Shown piece by piece: positions 10,140 through 49,600 of a stretch of 63,482 nt of DNA (the first letter of the stretch is position 1; each line of letters begins with the position of its first letter). A program made the translations under genes and the position numbers. Origin of the DNA: Octopus bimaculoides (Eukaryota). The notes under the pieces are model-generated. The model did not search any database. It saw nothing but the letters and a program-made list of their open reading frames with translations, and was not told the DNA's origin. Location of the stretch: contig NC_068982.1 of NCBI RefSeq assembly GCF_001194135.2, positions 96,000,386-96,063,867 of the forward strand, read 5' to 3'.

Positions 10140-11596
10140 AATAGCAGGAACACTTCATGAAAGCAAGTTCGTTAACTGTTCATATAGTTCACCAACTATA
10201 GTTTCTGTCACCTAGATTATTTAAGCAGTTCTGGGGATAACTATAGTGAAAGTATTACAGCCCAAAAGAGGAATAAGTGGAAGAAATTCTGTGTATTGTT
10301 CTATTGATATCAAAGAATCTGTTGCTTTCAAACCTACTTTATGAAACTTATCCTGGGCAAAGTTCAGGGAGCTCCTACCTCTGCTGGCAACTAAGGTCCT
10401 CTTGCTCAGGGTGAAAGGTAGACTGTATGATACATGTGTGTGAACTGCCATGCTACACAGCAGTGAAACATGGGCCATGACTGCTGAGGACATGCGTAGG
10501 CTTGAAAGAAATGGAGCTAGTATGATTCACTGGATGTGTAATGTCAGTGTGCATACACGACAGAGTGTAAGCGCCCTGAGAGAAAAGTTGGGCATAAGAA
10601 GCATCAAACGTGGTGTGCAAGAGAGTTGGCTGCACTGGTATGGTCATGTGTTATGTATGGATGAGGACAGCTGTGTGAGGAAGCGCCACTCCCCAACTGT
10701 GGAAGAGGTAGACCCAGGAAGACATGGGATGAGGTGGTGACCTTTGAACATTGGACCTCACAGAGGCAATGACAGGAGACCAAGACCTTTGGAGATATGC
10801 TGTGATTGAGAAGACCTGGCAACTAAAGTGAGATTACAGCCATGCATGTCTGGCCCAGTTAAGAGTACCCTTGATGCATCAAGTGATATATGCTTGAGAA
10901 GACCTGTTGAGTCAAATAAAACCAATATCATATCTGTGGCCAGTGCCCACTGACTGGCTCCCATGCTGGTGGCATGTAAAAAGCACCATCCAATCGTGGT
11001 TGATGCCAGGTCCACTTCACTGGCCCCTATGGTGGTGGCACATAAAAAGCACCATCCGAACATGGCTAATGCCAGTAACCCCCAACTGGCTCACATGCCG
11101 GTAGCACATAAAATGCAGTATCCAGATGTGATCGATGCCAGGACCGCCTGACTGGCCCCTGTGCCAGTGGCATGTAAAAAGCACCATCCAAACATGGCTG
11201 ATGCCAGTACCTCCTGACTGGCTCCTGTGCTGGTGGAACATAAAAGGCACCATCTAAATGTGGCTGATGCCAGTACCCCCTAACTGGCTCCCATGCCAGT
11301 GGCATGTAAAAAGCACCATCCAAACGTGGCCGATGCCAATACACTCTGACTGGCCCCCGTGCCAATGGCACATAAAATATACTATCCAAACATGATCGAT
11401 GCCAGGCCCGCCTGACTGACTTCTGTGCCATTGGCACATAAAAAGCGCCCACTACACTCGCTGAGTGGTTGGCATTAGGAAAGGCATCCAGCTGTAGAAA
11501 CATTGCCAGATCAGATTGGAGCCTAGTGCAGACTTCAGTCAAACCGTCCAACCCATTGCCAGCATGAAAAACGGACGTTAAACGATGATAATGATG
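10140..11596 (+). mobile_element. 5'-truncated RTE LINE (RT C-terminus, 3' UTR with 66-bp array, GAT tail)
   Basis: MLHSSETWAMTAEDMRRLERNGASMIHWMCNVS...LREKLGIRSI...LHWYGHVLCMDEDSC is a typical RTE RT C-terminus; ends GGACGTTAAACGATGATAATGATG. Confidence 0.9.
10939..11450 (+). repeat. Tandem array, ~8 units of exactly 66 bp
   Basis: GCCAG...GACTGGC...TGCCRGTGGCA.ATAAAAAGCACCATCC...GAT. Unit 1 starts at 10939 and unit 8 at 11401 (462 = 7 x 66). Confidence 0.9.
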
Positions 11597-12519
11597 CAAG
11601 GATTAGGATGCATGTACAGTCTGCAAGGGTGACAGAAAACTTATGAGGCCATATTCTGTTGAATGTGCAATGTTCACCTGTATGAACGGTGGAGCACAAA
11701 TGGTCTAAGATAGTATTAAGGTGATTAACCAATGTGTCTAGGAGAGAGAACTGAACTATTCCAGAGAAGTGTGTGCTTCTGTGCAATCAGAAGGCACTGA
11801 AAAAAAAGAGTTCTGCAACATTTGCAGAAAATCTCTTGGCAAGGGAGAAGGATCTGCTCCATTAATAGACAACAGAACAGGTAAACTATACTTTTGGCAT
11901 TATTTTAAAATTTTTGTCTCAGATTAGTAATATCCAGAATTGGAATCAACAAAAGTGATGAAAAAAAAGGTGAGTGAATCTAACACTTCATATTTTGCTA
12001 GTTCAGAAGAGCAGCAACTGCTATGAATGACAGACAAAATATGGTTAATAGTTACTGCATGCTGTGAGTAAATGTTTTGTCAATGTCCTGGGAATATCCA
12101 TAGATACAATCTACAATGTTTGCATTTGCATCAGTGCCAGATATGTGAATAGTATTCTATGAAATACTTTATATATGACAAGCAACTTTACAGAACTGAA
12201 AATGAAACCTTAGGTAGTGTTTTAACTCTCAAGAAACAGTGCGTCCTTTTAAATATGATTTTGTCTGTTTAGAGATCATCATAGAAAGGAAGGCATAACA
12301 TTTGTAGAGACAAAAGTTTAAATTAGAAATTAATGAGGTTTCAATATTTTAAGTGTATCCAACATAAGTATATGTTCTGATGCTCTTGTTTCTGTTAAAA
12401 GATGTGTTCAGGAGCTTTACTTACAAACCAGTGAACATCTGACATGATGTCTAGGCAGCTGACATGTAGATGACATAACACACATATGCGAAAGACTATG
12501 GAAGAGAGGTTTTGTCCTT

Positions 12520-13529
12520 ACTAGACCTGTGATACTTGTGGTAAAAGATTTACAACACAATTTACATTTAATTCATCAGGAACACACTCACACTCATAAA
12601 GAACCATACCTTTGTAATATTTGTGGTAAAATGTTTACACAGTGTGGTTCATTAACTTCTCAAATATACATTCATATTGGTGAGAAACCATATCACTGTG
12701 ATATCTGTGGTAAAACATTCTCCAATAATTGTGATGTATCTTGTTATAAACATACTCACACAGGTGAAGAGACATACTATTGCGATATTTGTTGTAAAAC
12801 ATTCTTTCACGGGAGTAATATAATTTATTAGCATACACAGGAAAGAAACCATACCATTGTAATGTCTGTGGTAAATCATTCTCATTTGTGTGAATGCGTA
12901 TATGAGATGTTCAAGCACTACTTTATGTGACTATTTTACTACAGTTTTATGACAATGGTATGGTTTCTCCCCAGTGTGAGTATGTTTATAATCATTTAAA
13001 TATGTAGTAACGTTGTGCGCATGCGTAGTCTCACACATGCGTGGAATTAAACAAGCAAGCTTTCCCGCTTAATTCTATCTCTTTCTCGGTTGGCCGGCCA
13101 TTAACAAGGACGTGTCAAGCAGTGTCTCCAACATTCCAACCTGGAAACAGTCTCTTTACGTGTATAGCTGTCACTCTCCATCTTTCGGACTTACACTCGA
13201 CAGCTCGCTTACATCTACATAACAACGTCCCAACAACTATGCTCACACACACAGAAGCTGTAACAACAAGAGCTAAAGATGTATATATTTACCACCTAAA
13301 ATAAATGTTGTTTAAGTTGATAGTCTGGAGTTCAGCGTTCCGTTATATATTCGTAATTTTATATAGGAAGGTCAGGTATACATCTAATGATGTATAACCA
13401 ACTTTCCTATAAATATGTACTGTGAGAAAATGTTTTACTGCAGATATCACAATTATATAGTTTTTCATTTGTATAAATATACTTATGGTAAATTAATTTA
13501 CACATATGTGAGAATGATTTACCACAGAC
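12520..13529. pseudogene. C2H2 zinc-finger pseudogene, paralog of 5609-6973, 3' part inverted and LTR-interrupted
   Basis: 12520-12884 (+) follows fingers 5-9 of the intact gene, with lost Cys/His and a stop. 13529-12885 (-) continues with fingers 9-11 (SHMCKLIYHKY...SHSTYLNDYKHTHTGEKPYHC...SHIRIH). Confidence 0.9.
13003..13411 (+). mobile_element. Solo LTR-like element, copy 2, with target-site duplication
   Basis: AATA|TGTAGTAACG...TTCCTATA|AATA. Removing the element and one duplication restores the in-frame finger sequence HSTYLNDY on the minus strand. AATAAA at 13300. Confidence 0.8.
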
Positions 13530-14177
13530 TTTATCTGTGAGACGAAATTATAGAAATATAAACATAATCCTTCTGAACTGTTGATGGGCAGAAAATATGG
13601 TGGAGAGATACCTGATGAACTGTTTCACAGGTTATTAATTGCTCCTCCCCACCCCCAGAGAAGCACCTGATTTTCTTCCCTGTTCTATAGAATATCCAAA
13701 ATGTTTTAAATCCATATTATTTTGAGAATTTCAAGAAACACCAGCATAAACCTTTTCACTCTCAATGTTATATTTCAAGGAATTAAGATTGTAACAAATA
13801 ATTATAGTCAAGTAATACACTCAAGGCAAGTGAGGAACTATTCACTTTTAAAACACTGTCTATTACTTCAGAAGTGGAAGGGAAACAGCTGATCCTGTTC
13901 TTTTTTATTTTGTTTTTTGTTTTCTTTTTTTAAACAGGCCTGATTGTCCAAATTGTCTCTCTCTTATTAAGGCAGAGGGTGTAATTTGAGGGAGATTTGG
14001 TAGGCACATCTGACAAGTTGAATAACCACATAGAGACTTCCATCCTTGTTGATGAGTGGCAGGTAGAAGGATTCATCAAGTCTCTAGAGTCCCTTTTGGT
14101 AAAGTATCAAAAAATGTATCTATAATTTAGGAGACAATAGAACTTATAGGCTACATGATGCATGAAAATTTTTTACT

Positions 14178-14315
14178 TCAGTTTCCGTTTACCAAATTAA
14201 CTCAGGCTTTGGTCGGCTCGACGCTATAGTAGAAGACACTTGGTGCCACGCAGTGGGATTGAACCCGGAACCATGTGGTTGGTAAGCATGCTACTTACCA
14301 CACTCTGGCGCCTAT
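14178..14315 (-). mobile_element. SINE family A, 5' head only
   Basis: Matches the head and core of 3741-4130; no tail. Confidence 0.8.
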
Positions 14316-14383
14316 GTATTGTTGACATAAGGGTCAAAACTGCCTTCTTTTGTAATTGGTGCACAATGCCGAAGGTGCTACAA

Positions 14384-14415
14384 GTGCGTGTGTGTGTGTG
14401 TGTGCGCGCGCGCGC
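14384..14415. repeat. Alternating (GT)n(GC)n tract upstream of CDC5L
   Basis: GTGCGTGTGTGTGTGTGTGTGCGCGCGCGCGC, ~380 bp before the ATG. Confidence 0.85.
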
Positions 14416-14794
14416 TCTTTCCTTCGGAAGCAAAAATTTATTTAGCTAAACATTGCATATTTCCTCGGAGAGAAAATAAGAAATAAAGTATTCATATTTC
14501 TTAGTTTCAGAAATTGTTAATGTTAATAATGTGTACTAACGTTTGTCATTTCTTTTAAATTAATACCTTTTGTTTATTTTTATAGCGCATTTGGATGTCT
14601 AATCAATAAGATTAAGATAAAAAAATAATTGACAGCCGGATATTTAATTTACAGGAGAACTTCTCTCATCGACACCGTTGTTCTCCTGTCAATGGTAGAC
14701 ATTATTGCAACCAGCAAGTTTCCCTGAATTCTAGAAAAAGGATTGCAAATTTACAATTCTCTAACGTTGCAGTACTTTTGTAAAACCACCAACC

Positions 14795-44059
<29,265 letters not shown>

Positions 44060-44284
44060 ATCTACCTTCTACTATTCCATTTTTATAAACAATATATGTT
44101 CAATATTTAATTTTGAGGGGGTGACAAAAAAAAATCTTGAAATTAGATTTTTTTAAAACCAAATTTGAAGACCCATTCATTTTCTCCCATTCTCATCGAA
44201 AATCTAATTTACTCACGAATACTATATGAATTAGATGCCATCAACAGGAGTTTATTAAGCCATTAATATTTTTGTTTCCAATGT

Positions 44285-44290
44285 AATAAA
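44285..44290 (+). terminator. Candidate CDC5L polyadenylation signal
   Basis: AATAAA ~225 nt after the stop, with a second ~35 nt later; AT-rich context makes chance matches likely. Confidence 0.4.
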
Positions 44291-45160
44291 GACTAACTGT
44301 CAATATCATAATGACAAGGAAAATAAACACTTTATGAAGTTTTATTTTGGTTTAATGCATTTAATATATTGTTTTACTATATTTAACTATTGTGTAGACA
44401 CCACTCAATAGACATTTAATTATTTAATAGCTTTTTCATTGTTATATTGCCATTTGAACCTAAACAGCCCATCATATTTTGATATAGATATCAAAATATT
44501 TTCTAAGTTTCTCTAGAATTTCTCTATGCAGATATAATTTTTAGTTTTGAAATAATCTTACACTGTCAAATAATTGTCATAGAATATGGCAATTTAATAG
44601 TAAAAACACAACACTAATATTCATTACATATATATTTAGAGAAGTAAGGACAATACTATCATATATAACTAAATCGAAATATTGCAGTGGTTATTTTTTT
44701 AAAATTGTCAAAGAAAACTATCATGTATATAAAAAAGCACTGTGAGAGGTTTGAAATTTTGATAATGCAATTTCAACTGATGAGTTAAACTATAACTAAC
44801 ATTTGTGCCATTCAAGTATAGAATTCTTTATTTCACTTTTTCATTGCTTAAATTCTGAGATATATGACTGTAGGGGGTAAGGTTTAAATACTTATAGCAT
44901 AGATGACAACTGGTATTCTCTTTGTACTTATAATCATATAGCCATGAGTATGAGCAAAATTTGTTATCAACAAAATTAGAGATATATGTAGTAAGTGATA
45001 ACAAGGTGAGACTAACCTACCAAATGTAGTGAGTTGAAAATATTTTGTAATTGGTCAGAATGTGAATTTAATGAAAAGGAATAACAACACTAATGATTAT
45101 TCTTGTCAGGAAAGACAAGAGGGACAACTCCTAAACAGAAATTGATTAAACACTTAATAA

Positions 45161-45367
45161 CGTGCCGAGGCTGTGTAAAAGGCACCCGTGCCAACACCAC
45201 ATTAAAAAGCACTCAGTACATTCTGTAATTTGATTGGCATTAGAAAGGGCATCCAGCCATAGAGATCATACTAAAACAGATGACTGGAGCCTGGTGCAGC
45301 TTGTTGGCTCCTGTCAGACTATCCAACCCATGCCAACATGGAAAATAGACATCAAATGATGATGATG
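45161..45367 (+). mobile_element. RTE 3'-tail element between the convergent stop codons
   Basis: GGCATTAGAAAGGGCATCCAGCC...GACATCAAATGATGATGATG. Confidence 0.8.
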
Positions 45368-46424
45368 CTGAGGTATCTGATTTTTTTTGGTAAATACAGT
45401 GACAAGTTTTAACTTGGTTCAGTCCTGCCAGACTCCTTCTGCAAAATAGTCTTGCTTGAAGAAATAACATTAAGAAATTTAAAATAATAGCAGAGATATA
45501 TTTACCATGTCCAGTATATATCGACTGTATTGAGTTTTGAATTCATTCAACATGTGATCAAATGCCATTGACTTGACCTTACAGTCATAATGCTACAAAA
45601 CTATCAAGGTTAAAAAAAAACACAAGACAAGAAATCATGCTTAAATGAAATGATTTAATGAAATATCAAAAGATTAAAAAATACTCTCATTCTTCATAAT
45701 TTAATGAAAAACAATGTTTAGAAATTATAATTTTCAGATCACAGACATTTGGTAAGCAGCAAATGTCCTAAATTGTGTGAAAGAATATTTCAACTACTTC
45801 AACAGTAATTTTTGTGATCAACTTCATTTTGTGATATAATTCTTAATTATATTCCATATCAATCTCAAAACAAAATGCAAAATCTAAAAGAATATTTTAA
45901 TTATTTTTTTTTTCCACTTTTGTATTTTCTTTTCCAATACCAACAATAAGTCTATTAAAAATTTAAATAAAACAATTCTGACAATATAATTATTTCACAG
46001 AAGACCAGTTTCCCTTTTATAGAATGGTTGTGAAGAGGATCTTTAATTAAATGCAGTCATGGACAGAATGGAAGTGAGGAATCTTAATATTTTAAAAAAT
46101 AAATTTGAAATTTTTTTTTAAATGTTTTTTTCTTTTTTACTTGCATATATATGTTTGTTAAACTGTAAATGGATTTTTTTTTCTATGTTTTATAAAAATT
46201 AAAAAAAAAAACCCAAATCTATCTGTAATGATCCCAAATAAAAATTTCAAGAAACTGATAAAAAAAAAAAAATTATTGCTTACAAGCATATCTGCCATAA
46301 TGCTCAAAATTAGTTATCAATTAGTTACCTTTTAATCGATTTTTATAATTGATAAATAAAAAGAAAAAGACACTCCTCATATATAGGCTAATTAAGTTTA
46401 GTCCTTGATTGGTTCATCTAGAAC

Positions 46425-46684
46425 TCAACTGTTGTCTGGTGATTTTGGCCTCTCAGATGTATCTTTAGGTTCGGATGCTGCTTCATCTTTGCTTTGAATC
46501 ATAGCTGATAAGAGTTCGGTATAAAATTCGCGACAGACTCCAAAATTAAGTCCAATAAGTCGAATAAATACTTTGGTAGCAGCAGTTAATTCAGTTTCAA
46601 CTGCTGACACACCAGCAGGCACTTTTACTTTATCTACACAGCCACAGCAAATACATTGGTATATAAACTCGTTGATTCGTTTCA
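46425..46684 (-). CDS. TCP11L1: TCP11-like terminal coding exon
   Basis: TTCAG | (L)KRINEFIYQ...VPAGVSAVETEL...FYTELL...SPDNS TGA. Confidence 0.88.
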
Positions 46685-49600
46685 CTGAAGATATAAAATA
46701 AAATAGCTTAGACTCTTTTGGCAACCAAATGTGGAACAACAATGGTAAAAAAAGAATTGAAAAAAAATTATCCTCGAAGAACTGGTTATTTGGGCATGCT
46801 GTATAGAATTATGGGAAGGCACATAGTGTAGTGGCTAGGGTATTTGGCTCATGAATGTAGGGTCATGTGTTCAATTTCCAGCAGTGTATTGTGTCCTTGA
46901 GCAAGACACTTTTTTTTCTCATTGCTCCACTCCACTCAGCTGACAAAAATGAGTTGTACATGTAATTCAAAAGGCCAGTCATGTGTCATGTTGACTTTTC
47001 CTGAGAACTATGTTAAGGGTATGCATTTCTGTGGAGAACTCAGCCACTTCCGCATGAATTTCACAAAAAGGCAGTGAATCAACTGGAACTCTCACTGTTG
47101 TAACCAGAGCACCAGGCCATAGAATTATAATGTTGAATAAGATGAACTTGAGTATTATTTCATAAATAAAATTGTACATATTTAAAAGCTGGTATAACAA
47201 AATAAGACTATAAAAAAATTTTAATTATAATACATTAGAAGAACACACACACGCCGTAACACCCCTGATATGTCAAGCCAACAAAGGAAGCCAAGGTCCC
47301 TCAACTCACCCTGTGATCTTAAGATAGGTAGAGCACATTTCACTATGTCATCTTAAATATACAAAAAGCTGTAATGGTCAAGACTGGAATACCTTTGGTT
47401 ATAGGTCTGTTCAATCAGGACTGACCTGGAGCTAAACAAGAATAATAACCCTTGAGTGGCTGTGTGGTAAGTAGCTTGCTTACCAACCACATGGTTCCGG
47501 GTTCAGTCCCACTGCTTGGCACCTTGGGCAAGTGTTTTCTACTATAGCCTCAGGCCGACCAAAGCCTTGTGAGTGGATTTGGTAAACGGAAACTGAAAGA
47601 AGCCGGTCATATATATGTGTGTGTGTGTGTCTGTGTTTGTCCCCCCAATATCGCTTGACAACCAATGCTGGTGTGTTTACATCCCCATAACTTAGCGGTT
47701 CGGCAAAAGAGTCCGATAGAATAAGTACTAGGCTTCCAAAGAATAAGTCCTGGGGTCGATTTGCTCGACTAAAGACGGTGCTCCAGCATGGCCACAGTCA
47801 AATGACTGAAACAAGTAAAAGAGTATGTTGTTTAACAAAAATTTGGCAAGAGAACAAGTCAGTAGCTATTTAAGAACAAACAAAAGTAATAGTTTTGATG
47901 TTTGCAAAACAATATCTTTATTCTTTCTTTTACTTGTTTCAGTCATTTGACTGTGGCACTGCTTTCAAGAGTTTTATTTGGACACATTGACCCCAGGACT
48001 TATTTCTTAAGTCTAGTACTTATTCCATCAGTCTCCTTTGATGAACCAAGTTACAGGGATGTAAACACACCAACACTGGTTGTCAAACAATGATGAGGGT
48101 ACAAACACAGACACACACATATATATATAAATACAACAGACTTATTTCAGTTTCCAACTACCAAATCTGCTCACATGGCCCAGGGCAATAGTAGAAGACA
48201 CCCAAGGTACCATGCAGTGGGACTGAACCTGGAACCATATAGTTGGGAAGCAAGCTTCTTACCATACAGCCATGCTTGCACCTAATTATCAAAACATCCA
48301 ATTACAGTAAGATTTCAGCCATAATTAAACACTAGTTTTACTGCTCTAACAGATTATGTTCATTACGTTTCTGTTGCTATATGCAAGCATGTCTATGTGG
48401 TAAGAAGTTTGTGTGCCACCATGGGCTAATATCTACTATAACCGTGGGCCAACCAAAACCATGTGAGTAGACAGAAACTGAAAGAAGCCATATAAAAAGC
48501 ACCCAGTACACTACTCTGTAAAGTGGTTGGTATTAGGAAGGGCATCAAGCCATAGAAACCATGCCAAAACAGACAAATGAAGCCTGGTGCAGCTCTCCAG
48601 CTTGCTGGCTCCTGCCAAATGAACCAACCCATGCCAGTATAGAAAACGGACATCAAATGATGATGATGCTGTCTCCTTGCCTTGACATTGCATGACATTT
48701 GTAAACAAGTGCCACCATCATATAAGCAGTGTTCTTCATTCACAGTAATCTGCATAAACATATCTAGTTACAGAGAAATATGACTTTACTTGGAAACAGG
48801 TGAGGGTTGGCAAGGAGAGCATCCACCTATAGAAATGTCTTCCTCAACAACTTCCATCCAACCCATTGAAGCATGGAAAAGTGGATGTTAAAATGACGAT
48901 GGTGATTGTATCACCATTATCATCATCGTTTAACATCTGCTTTCCATGCTGGCATGGGTTGGATGGTTTGACTGAGGACTGGCAAACCAGGAGGCTGCAC
49001 CATGCTCCAGTCTGATCTGGCAAGGTTTCTATAGCTGGATGCCCTTCCTAATGCCAATCACTCCAAGAGTGTAGTGGGTGCTTTTTACATGCCACCAGCA
49101 CGGGGGCCAGTCAAGCAGTACTGGCATCGACCACGCTCGAATGGTGCTTTTTACGTGCCACTGGTACGGGTGCCAGTCTGGCATTGGCCATGACAATAAT
49201 TTCATTTGACTCAACACATCTTCTCAAGCGCAGCATATTGCCCAATGATTGAAGGGTGCTCTTAACTGGGTCAGTTCTGCGACACTGGCATAGGCCACAG
49301 CTATGGTCTCACTTGGCTTGCTGGATCATCTCAAGCACAGCATATCTCCAAAGGTCTCGTTTGCTTGTCATTGCTCCATTGAGGCTTTATTTAAGCCTGC
49401 AGTTACCTATTCTGAAGTCTACCTAAGTATGGAACTCTTTCACTCTCTCTTTATGCATTACTGAATAGTAACAAGGGTGATGGATCACAAAACCCCTTAA
49501 GGTATTCCTTCTGGCTTTTTACATTCTGAATTCAAGTCTCACTGAGGTTAACTTAGTCCAATGATGTTGTTCAAGGACTGGGTTGATATAACTGACTATT

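Noticed and set aside
10939-11450. Regular array as a CRISPR locus or a repeat protein gene (177-aa minus ORF)
   Set aside because: No unique spacers, eukaryotic context, and the unit belongs to the RTE 3' UTR seen in other copies. The open frame follows from the 66-bp period.
12520-13529. Twin-primed processed pseudogene as the cause of the inversion
   Set aside because: Segment order (5-9 sense, then 11 back to 9) does not fit the inverted-5'/sense-3' pattern, and I see no poly(A) tail or flanking TSD.
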